A program made the position numbers and the translations under genes. Positions 11,986-22,800 of a stretch of DNA of 64,000 nucleotides are shown here, one piece after another. Under the pieces are notes generated by a model. It made no database searches. It was not told where the DNA came from and saw only the letters and a program-made list of their open reading frames with translations. Each line of letters starts with the position of its first letter. Position 1 is the first letter of the stretch. The stretch covers positions 62,001 through 126,000 of the forward strand of contig MU058946.1 of the NCBI GenBank assembly GCA_013265495.1, given 5' to 3'. The stretch comes from Vicugna vicugna. Taxonomy: Eukaryota.

Positions 11986-12944
11986 GGCGGCTTCCCACTT
12001 TCCTCCAGACTGCTGTGAACCCCACGCACGGCTGGCGCCCTCCCCAGGCTGAGTCCCGTGTCCCCACAGGACCACAGGCCACACGCGGCACCCACTGTCG
12101 ACGCAGAGACTTCCGGCGACAAGTCTCAAGGAGCTTCCTGTTCGGGGCCAGCTCGGGCACCATGAGATTCTTGATGAGAAGTACTTCAGTGCTCCTGCCA
12201 TCTGCCCTCAGCCCGAAGCAGGAGGCGCAGGGCAGCGTGACGGCGAGGCAGGAAATACCGAGGAGGACCTTCGAGAAGGAGCCGCGGGCAATGGTACTTG
12301 CATTCCATAAATGTCCTCCAAGTCCCGCTGTGTCCCTGCGCCTCCCCCCCACCCCGGGGACACCCTTCTGGAGCCAAAAAGGCACGCTACCCACGACGGG
12401 GGTGGGCGCGGGGGGTGCACAAGACCCGAGGGGCCCTGGACCAGACAAGCCAGGGCCGACCGCTACCTCCAGCGGGCAGATGGTCGACGGGTTACACAGC
12501 TGGGGTTCCAAACCGGTACCAAGGGCCCCACTGCGCCACCTGCTCACAGGCAGAGGCGTGATGCTGGGCCGGGGCCACCGAGGGGCTTCTGAGGGGTCCG
12601 GGCAACTCTAAACAGGACGTGACCCAGCAGAAAACGAGAGTTCTCTGAGGCCTGTGAGGACGAGGGGTGGGCGTCCTCCAGGGCAGCCCTGACCACCAGT
12701 CCTTCAGCCCAAGTCCCAGGGGACCCGAGGGCCTCAAGGGGACGCCCAGAGCCAGGACCAGCCATGGCCCCCGACCGCACAGACCCAGGAGGGCCAGGAG
12801 ACATGTGTGTGCGCCAGGTGGGGCTGCAGAGGGAGCAGCTGGGTCCCCACCTCTCCTTGTGAGCACGGGGCCTCAGAGGGGACCCTGATCTACACCTCAG
12901 TGTCCCTCCTGTGAAGGGGATCCTAGTGCCCACTGTAAAGGACT

Positions 12945-13290
12945 TAAGTGTCCCCCAAAATTCATGTTAGCATCCTACCACCCAGTACCTGTGGATCTGA
13001 CCTTATCTGGAAACAGGGTCTTTGCAAACATTATCCAGTGAAAATGAGGTTGTTGGGGTGGACGCTAACCCAACACGACTGTCCTTACAACACGGGGACA
13101 CCTGGAAGCAGACAGGCACGCAGGGAGACGCCCTGTGACGATGGAGGCAGAGACTGGGGTGATGCTTCTACAAGCCAAGGAAGCCCAAAGACGGTCAGCA
13201 AAGCCCCAGAAGGTGGGGGAGAGGCTGGGACAGTGCCTCAGCCTCAGGAGGAACCAGCCCCGTCCACACCCTGGCCCCAGACGCCCACCC
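12945..13290 (+). mobile_element. MaLR LTR (MLT1B/C-like)
   Basis: TGTCCCCCAAAATTCATGTT...GGAAACAGGGTCTTTGCA...GGCAGAGACTGGGGTGATGCTTCTACAAGCCAAGGAA. Confidence 0.85.
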
Positions 13291-14439
13291 TCTGGTAACG
13301 TGTTCCAGCGGCCCGAGGGAGCACACGCGCCTGCTCCAGGAGTCTGAGTGACATTCAGAGAGGAGATACGGACAGTGCCTGGCACGTGGGGGCATACTAG
13401 GGGGAACAGGATGAGAGAAGTGGGGGCCCCGGGGCCCTGAAGGATGAGGAGGAAGATGCAAAGAGAACCCCGAGACTGACCAGTGAGTCACAGAGGGGTC
13501 AGGCCCTTTGCAGTCCTGCCTGCAACTGAAGGGTTTCAGTGGCCGCTCCGAGGTCCCTGCTGGGAAATTAAGGACCACGAGGCCAGCGTGTTTGCACGGC
13601 ACCTAGAGGATTTTATAGCTGTCACTGTGCACGCGCACCTGCCCTCAGAACAGTGGAGGGATGCCCTGCGCAGGGGCCCGTGGACGGGGCCCATGGGCCA
13701 CCTCCCACCCGCCACAGGTTCATCGCCGGGGTGCCGACGCCCGGACCGCTCCCGCCCTCGGCCACACCACACAGACCACACGGCAAGCGGACTGTTCTTT
13801 GTCTCCACCTTGTCCGCCAGCCTCTCCTTGGCAGACACTGCTCAGAAAACCCCCTGAAACGGAAGCATCCCTCGCTAGGCACCCCGCACCTAGGGAACCT
13901 CCGGCTGCCACAGGGGACATGGAGCAGTTGTGCCCACAAGTCAGGGGCCGGGGGGCCCCCGGGCTGGGCCAGGCTCCACCACGGCAGGAGTAAGCCACTG
14001 ATTCTTGCCTTTAAAAGCAGCCCCAACCCCCGGTGGGGTCAGCACACCTCTGGGGCCCTGTTTCACACATCCAGCCCCCACGTTCCCCTCCCCTCCAGCA
14101 GGGAGGTGGGGATCCAGGACCCGCACAGCGAGGGCACCCAGGAGCCAAGGAAGCACTTGCAAGCAGGGGAGGGGGCAGGGGTCCTGGGCTGCTGTTGCCA
14201 TAGCAACAAGGAAGCTTCCTTCTAAGGTGGGAAGCAACACCCCACCCCATTCCCACCTCCTCACGCAAGGTTCTGCTGCACCTGGCAGCCAAGCTCAGCT
14301 GCTCAGAGGGCTGGGCGGCCGCCGCTTCTCCCATAGCTGCCGCGCTCTTCCAAGCAGGTGACTCATGCTGCAAAATGATAAGCAAAGACCACTACCGTTT
14401 ACGCAGGGCCTACAGGCCGGCGCCTCCCCGACGTGCGGC

Positions 14440-14602
14440 ACACACACGTACACACCCATAACGTGTGTGATACACACGCGTGCACACACACGCACCAACA
14501 CACACACAGACCTGCACGGACACATCTATATACACATGCACATATACTCACACACACACATACACCCAACCACACACACACACACACACACGCATGCACG
14601 TA
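14440..14602 (+). repeat. Imperfect (CA)n microsatellite with perfect core at 14571-14591
   Basis: Visible CA/TG repeats. Confidence 0.95.
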
Positions 14603-15489
14603 CATAGCCCAAGTCCTGGCGAGCAGGTGTTGTCACCTGTTTCTTCATGGCCTTGGTGGTCACATGATTCACCTGATTTCACGCAGCAGAAGGGATCAGG
14701 AACTGGGCCGGACACTGCCGTTGGACCAGTGGCGGGGCAGTGCTGACCGTGGCCACGGGGCAGACGCTCTCACGGTACAGAAACACCAGCCGCCGTGTCC
14801 TCTTCCCCCCAGCCCACCGTGTCAGCACAGACTGGGGACACCAGTCAGTCACAGTGCGTCTGGATCCTTCCAGCACTCAAGCTCTTGCCACAAGTCTTCC
14901 CCGTCACCAGATGGGAATCTGTCCCCCTCCTGGGACCCAAAACACTCTACCTCAGCTCCACAGGGACTCACATGGGGCTGCTGGGAGCACAGGTCCAGAC
15001 CTGGCTGGAGAGTCCGTGGCTGCCTGCACGGGCATCAGGGAGCTGGGCCTGCCTCACTGGGTAGCCTGTGGCGCCCAGCCCTGGCAGCTCCTGCCTACAC
15101 CCGGGGGACTCCGAGCACACAGAGCACCGTGGCATTTCTTCCCCACGAAACAGCTCCTTTCCTCTCTTGGACTGGCCATGGCTTCGGATTTTCACCACGT
15201 ACGTGGTCGCCTGAAGCCAATCACCACTCCCTTCACACTGGCCGCACAGCTCTGGCTTCGGCAGTGGGGGCTCCCAGCCCAGGTGCACACCTGGGGGAGC
15301 CTGGGGGACAGGCGACCCCACAGCAACGCAGCCCGAGGTCCGCCCAGGATCACAGCCGGGGCTCCCAGTCACTTGGTGTCCAGCATGGTGCACAGGTAGG
15401 GACAGCAAAACCACTGAGAAATGACCCCTGAGGCCAACAGCAGCTCCTGGGGGAGCCCCACGGCCACCTCGCACGCTCGTGCACAACAG

Positions 15490-16130
15490 GACGGTGGCCA
15501 CCTAAAACTGCGTCAGGTGAGCGCATGCGGAAACTGGAACTGGTGTGTGTGGCGGGTGGGAACGCAAAACACAGGCGCTGTGGATAACAGCATGGTGGCT
15601 CCTCAGAAACTGAAACAGAATGACTGCGTGACCTAGCAACTCCAGGTCTGGGGAGAAACCCCAAAGCGCTGAACGCAGACACTTGCACACCGGTGTTCAA
15701 GGCAGCATGAGGCACAAAGCCAAAAGGCATGCGCGACCTGGAGGCCATTCCCGTTCGCGAGGGGACGTGAGCCTCAGGAGGGCATTCTGACGCCTGCTAC
15801 AACACGATGAGCTCTGGGGACGTCGTGCTGGTGAGGTAAGCCAGTTCTAAGAGGACATACACCGCCAGAGTCCTCTCACCTGAGGTCCCCGGGTGAGTCA
15901 GACGCAGAGACTGAAGGCAGGACGGCGGGGGAGAGGGGCTGGCCGGGGCTGGGGAGCCAGTGTTTAATGGGACAGAGTTTCAGTTTAGGAAGATTTGAAA
16001 AAGTTCTGGAGATGGGACAGCGGTGATGGTTGCTCAACAGTGTGAATGCACTTAAAAATGGTTAAAATGACAAATCTATGTTATGCATATTCTACCACAA
16101 TGAAACTTTTAAAAAAAGTTAAAAAAAAGG
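15490..16130 (+). mobile_element. Old L1 (L1MB-like) 3' fragment
   Basis: AACAGCATGGTGGCTCCTCAGAAACTGAAACAGAA...TTTAATGGGACAGAGTTTCAGTTTAGGAAGAT...A tail. Confidence 0.85.
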
Positions 16131-16744
16131 CCTGACAAAGACGAGAAGGCAGCCTGGTCTGACGCCGCAGCGGGTGACCCCCAGCACAGTGAGCCCCCGC
16201 ACGGTGAGCCCCCGTGGCCACCTCACTGTGGAGTCACCAGCAACCCGGCTCAGGGCCCTCTGCCCTGTGGGCCCTCCTCCTGACCCTCAGAGCCCAAGCC
16301 TGCCAGGGAGGGGGCATGCATGTGGCGCAGCCGGGGTGCCAGCCACCCGGGGCAGGACAGGGCAAGTCCCACCTGGGCAGGTGTGGTGTTAACCAATGTC
16401 ACAGGCCACCAAAGTGGCTTCTCCTGCACCCCCAAAACAGACAGGCCGTGACCCAGCCACCCACCTGGTTTCTTTCCCTTCGACCACCTACCTGGAGGTA
16501 CAGGTGTCTGGGAGACCGTTCCAGACCCTAACCTCTGTGGCCTGGTCAGACTGGTGGGCAAGTCCCAGGGTGTTGAAGTCACTCACCCCAACACTGGTTC
16601 AGAGCATCGCTGACACAGGCCTGTGCTGGGGGCTCGGGCTCCATGTGAGCAAGAGCCCTGCCTGGGGGGAGGGCACAGACCTCATGTCAGGGAGTTAAGT
16701 GTGGGCAGCCTGCTGGATGGACCTCTAGCCCAGCCGGCAGGGTC

Positions 16745-17000
16745 TGTGTATCAGTTACCTCCTGCTGTGTAACAAACACCCCAAAACTTAGTGGCTTAAA
16801 ACAACTATCCTTTTACTGCTCATGGTCCTGCAGTTTGGGTGGGTCTCCCCCAGGGTTGCCCACGCTTACCCCACTCAGTTGCTGGTGCAGCTGACAGACT
16901 CTGCAGTCAGAAAGATGTGCAGTGTGCCCACCCCCGCCCCCCCTCAGAACAGGACTGTGGGGCTTTGTGCTCAACTCCAGAGCACACCAGCCCTGGGCCT
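16745..17000 (-). mobile_element. MaLR LTR (MLT1-like)
   Basis: TGTATCAGTTACCTCCTGCTGTGTAACAAACACCCCAAAACTTAGTGGCTTAAAACAAC is the reversed MLT1 end; right boundary approximate. Confidence 0.75.
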
Positions 17001-17789
17001 GGGCAGGGCTGCAGCACACAGCACAGAGAGCACCTGCCTCCCCTTGCCCCAACCAAGGCAGCAGTGGCAGCTCTCCAAAGACAGCACGGCCCCCCCCGCC
17101 AGAGCCCACCCACTCCCTTCTCACCGGAGCACTTCCAGGCCCAACAAGAAGGGACAGGGCTTCCGACACTGCGCCTGCCGCCTACGGAGGTGCAGCAGGA
17201 AGAACCTGGCAGGTAGCATGCAGGGCCAAGGCCAGCCCAGTTCTGGAACTGCCCACCCAACGTGGGCACAGGGCCTGGGGGCTCAATCCCCAGTCATGGA
17301 TCCACGCCCAGGGCTGGCACCAGGATGAAGTGGGCAGATACAGCGTCGACAGGACAGCGTGTTCGCTTTCCCTGTTTCGCCACCGCAGTGAGCCATCCTG
17401 GACTGGACAATCGGGTACTTCACACGGAAAAGTCCAGGACAGACGACTGTGAACTCGCGACGTCAAGTGACCACATACGCGTTTCTCTGGGGACTTTCTG
17501 GTGCGTTCTCCCTTCACCATCTGGTCACCTGCCCTTTGGCCCTTTCCGCAGGAGAGGTGGTGAAATCCAGCTGGCCTGCCGTTTCCGAGTGCGGCTCTGC
17601 TCCTCAGGCACACTGTCCTACGGCACCTACGACGCCCTGGCCGAGGCCGAGGGGACGACCCCAGGCACGTGGGGCCCGGGCGGCCTCGCAGTGATGGCTC
17701 ACGGGCTGCTGTACCCGGCTCTGCTCCACCCCACATCCCCAGGCATTTCTAGAAGAGAAGAACCAAACACAGAGCAGAGAGACTCACAG

Positions 17790-18570
17790 ATGTCAGTCCT
17801 GGACAAACTGCTCACGAAGGCAAAACAATGGTGAACACAGGTGACTGAGGGTAACTGAGGAGAGTGCCCTCACACCTGGGGAGGAAGGGTTCTCCTCCCC
17901 AGACGACAACCACCACCACGAGGGTGGTAAGCAGGCCCACGTTAGATGAGGGCTGTTTGCTCATCAAGACGCCGCTGAGTGAAAAGACAAGGTGGGTGAA
18001 CACGTGCGGTCCGTGTGACAGACAAAGGACTTGTAACCCGGACACACAGAACTCCAGTCACGGAAGACAGGCAACTGACAGGGAAACGGCCTGAGACTCC
18101 AACCGGCATTTCACCAGAGGGTCCCCAAAGGGCCAGGGAACATACAGAGAGGTGGTGGCCCTCAGCGGACACCAGGGAGAGGCAGAGGAAGCCACGGAAC
18201 TGCCATTCACACCCACCAGGGTGACGAGAGTGAAAAACAAAAGCCCGGCAGACCCCAGGGCCGGACCCGGCACCCTGCTGGCCAGGGACACCGGCCGAGC
18301 AGACGTGCCCGCAGCCGCCGCGCCGCCCCGCCCCGCCCCGCTGAGGCCGTGCCCGTGGGCCAAGACGTCATGCGGCCAGGCCCCCTGCGCTCGGAGCTGG
18401 GACGTGCGCCACAGCCTGGCTTCCTCCCAGAGCCGGGGGGGGGGGCCTGAGGCTGGTGACGCTGTTTACCCTGGATCCGAGCAGCGGTTCACACCACGAA
18501 ATCTCACCAAGGTGTGTGATTTTGCATTCTATGTGCACACACGTGTGCTTATTTGTAAAGTGTTTCAGTG
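17790..18570 (+). mobile_element. Old, GC-shifted L1 fragment (ORF2 end / 3' UTR)
   Basis: GTGAAAAGACAAG...GACAAAGGACTTGTAACC...GGCATTTCACCAGAG..CACACCCACCAG resemble the L1 ORF2 3' end. Confidence 0.7.
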
Positions 18571-19172
18571 AACACGTTTCTTGGGAAGGAGTCGCTGACC
18601 TCCAACGGGCCATGCAAAGGAGAGGTCAATGATGGCCAGCGTGGCCAGTGCCTGCAGTGGGGCCGCGGGGCTCCTGTCCCAGAGGACCCAGCTCCGTGGG
18701 AGACAGGCTACGAGAACGGAGCCCCCATGGAGGAAGGACCAGAAATGTCGGAGGCCAGCTGACGCACGACACCGGGGGAGCTGGGGGGACCGGCGATTGT
18801 GGACCCGGGCTCTACCGTCCCTCCCACAGGCCCTGCTCTGCCCTCAGACTCCGGGAACCCACCGCAGGCATGTCCAGCACGTCACCTGATAACGGCAGAG
18901 GGAAGGGGTGCAGCATGGGGGACCTGTGTCTCTGCGCCCCAGCCACATGGCTCAGCGTGAACTGGGCCATACTAAACAGACTGCAGCGCTGACCTGAGCA
19001 GCTTTATCAAAACCAGACAAAAACACAGTAGTACCATGCGTCCAGGGCACCATCCCGGGTCACGGAGGACAGACTAGGGGGCTGCACTGTGATGGACGAA
19101 GCACCCCACCGTGCTCTCTCCCGGAACAGAAGCCACACACTGAGGAAAGCACCAGCCAACGAGCTGCCACAC

Positions 19173-19178
19173 TTTATT
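19173..19178 (-). terminator. GATD3 polyadenylation signal
   Basis: First AATAAA seen on the minus strand downstream of the stop, giving a 3' UTR of about 0.6 kb. Confidence 0.7.
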
Positions 19179-19754
19179 GCTCCTCCTGCACCATCTTCCA
19201 TCCACCCAGCTCGGGGCCCGGGGCCAACTGCACTGCCCCACCCGCAGGCCGACACACGGCTGAGTGCCCACCCCTAACGTGAGAAGCTTCGTGCATATTC
19301 CTAGTCAGCCAGTCCCAGGAGGCCTGAAAGGGGGCTGCCCGAGTCCATCTGGGGGAGGGGCTCATTCTCACCAGCCAAAGGGCATGCCTGCTCCACAAAG
19401 CCCGACTGTCCTGATCAGCTCTTATCTGCTCCGGATCAGAGCGTCTTTAACTAGCGATAATCGTGGTACTTTGGTTTCCTGATTATTAGGGCTGCAGGGT
19501 CACCTCTCTCTACCTGAGGTTCCTGCTGAAAAGAAGACTTGATTTCAATTCTGAGGCTGCCTCTGATCCAGTGGCCACTGCCCGCCGCCCTCCCCACCAG
19601 GAGGAAAGGCCTCACGCTGTCTGCCCCTGACCCATGTGGCACCAGCTCCCTCTTTAGAAAGAAAACACAGATTTAAGCAGAGAAATAAAGTCCCGCCCCT
19701 CTCAAGCTGAGAGGGGAGCCATCGGCCAGGGCGCGAGCTGGCCCGGTGGTGGCC

Positions 19755-19883
19755 TCACTTTCGGGCGAGCTCCAGCACCTCCTTCACCATGGCCCCGGTC
19801 CCGTCGTGGACGTGGTGCAGCGCGGTGTCGCACATGAAGGCCGGCGTGGTGACCACCTTGTTCTTCCGGTCCACGTGAGCTTC
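19755..19883 (-). CDS. GATD3: GATD3 exon 7 (coding part)
   Basis: AC acceptor; [42 protein letters not shown]; TGA at 19757-19755. Confidence 0.97.
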   Translation of the reverse strand, partial: EAHVDRKNKVVTTPAFMCDTALHHVHDGTGAMVKEVLELARK

Positions 19884-22800
19884 GTGCACACGAGTTAGGG
19901 AAACCCATCCCGCAGCGAGGGGGTCTGGCGGAAAGCAGCCCCAGCCACCGCCACAGACGTGTGTCCCGCCCCGCCATCACCAGGAAGGGTCATTCTGCAC
20001 CACCTGTGCTACCTCTGGGAGAGCCGGTAACAGGTGTCCCGGCAGCAGGCTGAGGGACCAGCACCCCACAGAGCCAGGCCAGGTGCCAGCACTGCCAGGA
20101 GCCCACGACCCTGAAGGCGGAGGCAGCCCCGCATCTTTCAGATCAAGAAGCCACACTTAGCCTGTGTGAGCGCCTGCCACGACCACCATGGGCAGCCCGA
20201 CCCGGGACCCACCCTTGACCCCATCAGGCTCCTGCCCCACATCACCCACACCCAGCCTCGCCTCCACCCTCAGACCCGCTCCCTGGACTCAAGCCAAGGC
20301 CCCAGGGCTGGCCACCCTACGCTGATGGGAGGTGGACACTTACACCTGAAACCGCCCGCAAGGAGACACAAACCCTAGGAGAGCAAGCCCCCTTCGGACA
20401 GATGCCCTTTGGGACAGACATCCAGAGGGTAACGGGCTGGCCTCCAGCACCTCCTCAGGCAGTGTGCTGCTCTGTCCCAACTCCGGCCCACATGGAGACC
20501 CTCTGCGTCCAGATGCGGACCAGGACGGTGGTCAGCCTGTGGCCTGAGGCTCTCCAAGCCCACAGATCTCTGCCCCAGTACCCTGGCACCCTCAGTCCAC
20601 CACCTCCCAACACAGAAGACCCACTCACGGGACAGAGGTGATGAGGCTGTCTGGCGCAGCAATCCATCCACATCACCCAGGGAACTTCTCCCAAATAAAG
20701 ACAGGAAGCCCCCAACCCCCCAAACTCCTTCCACCCTGCCAAGGGGCACTCCTTCTCCCTCCACCTCCAGGCAGCACCCCAGCCTCTGCACCACGGGTCA
20801 TCCCCCTCAGGCCCAAGGCTGCCTCCTTGCCCAACTGAACGTACTGTGGGCCTGGGGTGTGCTGAGCTCAGCCAGCGTCACTGCAGGGACTTGGGAACTC
20901 AGCATGAGACGATGGAGGCGTCACCACCTCGGGTACTACGTCCCATCACACACACGCCCTGGGCACCCCCTGCAGGGCAGCACGGAGGCGCCAGGGGTCC
21001 CCCATGCCGCTCTGGATGCTGGAAGGATATGGTCACTTCCTTCACACAGTGCTTGGCGCCCAGGGCTTTGATGGCCTCCGCAGTCCCAGCGTATGGCCAC
21101 CTGCCGCCTTCCTCCTGCTCGTGGCCCACAGTGACCTCGATGCCGCTCAGCACTTTGGCCGCGAGGACAGGGGCGATGCAGCACAAGCTGAAAGGTGAAG
21201 AGAAGAGGGTCGGCTCAGGCTTGTGCGTGTGGACATTGGGCTGGGGCACGGCAAGGCCACTCGGACAACACGGCTGATCTGGAAAAGGGGCACTACCCTA
21301 GTGCCATGGGGGCGAAGGACAGTTCTGAGGGCTGGAGGCTGACCCCTGACCCTGGGTTGCCCGCAGCGGTGGCGATGGTGGAGCTGGGGGAGCCTCTGGG
21401 CACCCGGTGCTGGCGGGGCAGCCATGGAGGGAGGCTAGCTGAGCCCAGCTGCTGGATGCGCACCAGGAACCTGATGTGGTGTCCAGAGCGGGGAGGCTGA
21501 CTTAAGAGAGGAGGCCACAGATGGCCGAGTTGTCTTCGGCCCCAGATTGAAGGTCACTGGTCACGTGGAAGCAGAGAAGCACAGCTGTAGGGACTGGACG
21601 GGGGCGCAAGAGCCCGGGGAGCTCGACCCTGCAGAGCACTGAGCCCTCCCCTCCCCACAGACAGGCCGTCCCGGGGCCCTGAGCCCTGCAAGTTCACACT
21701 GGACGCCTGTCCCCAGGGTTCCTCCGAGGACCTGCTCTTCACCAGGGGGTCTCCAGACCAGAAGATCATGAGCCCATCGGTTTAGCCAAAACCAAGGCTT
21801 CCGGGAGCCAAGGGCCCACCAGTGTCCTGTCCCCAAGAGGACACACGGGACATGAGCCACAGCAGCACCAGGCCAGGCTGGCCCATCATGCACCTGTCAG
21901 GGACGGCCCCCTCCCCAGGGGGGCTGCACCCCTGCCTCCTGGTTCTGGCTCTCTGTATTGCCTTCAAAGGCCCCATGTCCAAGCTGCTGTAACGAGCTGG
22001 AATAAAACATCATACAAATGTGTTCACACACTTGCTGCACGTCGTGACACCTGAACAACCTCTACTTAGGGACCTGAGATAAACCTCTTCAGACCCAAAT
22101 GGGTGAGACATCACTGGAACTGACACCTTGGGAGCCTGCTGGGTCGCGAGGTTCCACAGGCGCCCAACGTGGGGTGGGCGATCTCCAAAGATGAAGGCCA
22201 CGCCATGAGCCTCCAGTCTGGCCATTCAGGCTGCCCGGCCGTCTCTGGCTGTGAACACCAACGCTCCCGCGCTGGGGGAGGGACGCACCAGGCAGGCGGC
22301 AGAGCCGTGGAACCCCACACTCTGTCTGTGCAGTGGAGTGGCTGGACGGCTCGGTGCACCTGGCCTGGGAAGGGGGCCTGCCAGAGGCGGGATAATGCTA
22401 CTGCTGCTGGAAAGAGAAGGCCGAGCAAAGCGCTGCAGGAGGAGCTGAACAGGGCCCTAACGACACAGGGCGGTGGGTACGTGCAGTGTCCCCATCCTGC
22501 GCCCCACCCAGGGGAGCGGGCTGCTCTCCATCTGTGCAATCGAGTGGGCGGGATGCCCGCAGTGAGGGGGCCAATCTGCTCAGCATCTGTCCTGTCTGTC
22601 GTGCTGCTGAATCCACCACAGAGGGCGGGCACTGGGGCCCTCCCTGGTGCCCGCCTGCATGAACAAGTGCTGCCCCCATGAGGCGTCCCAGGAGGCGACC
22701 GACCTCCCTCCCTCCCTGGGCACCAGCTCCTCCGTACCCAGGGGCACGGAGGGGGAAGCGGGAGGTGCGTCTGCGGGCGGACCGGGCAGGGCCCCCAGTG

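Noticed and set aside
11620-13290. Two same-orientation MLT LTRs flanking about 1 kb, suggesting a full MaLR element
   Set aside because: The LTRs differ in structure (different subfamilies), and the spacer and its ORFs (11936-12547, 12015-12611) show no recognisable MaLR internal or protein similarity
14433-15431. 332-aa plus-strand ORF
   Set aside because: Starts in the CA microsatellite (His/Thr repeats); low complexity, no homology; stop-poor because of high GC
1-19000. ICOSLG exons or another protein-coding gene in the left intergenic region
   Set aside because: Synteny predicts ICOSLG further left; no Ig-domain, transmembrane or otherwise recognisable peptide was found in any frame
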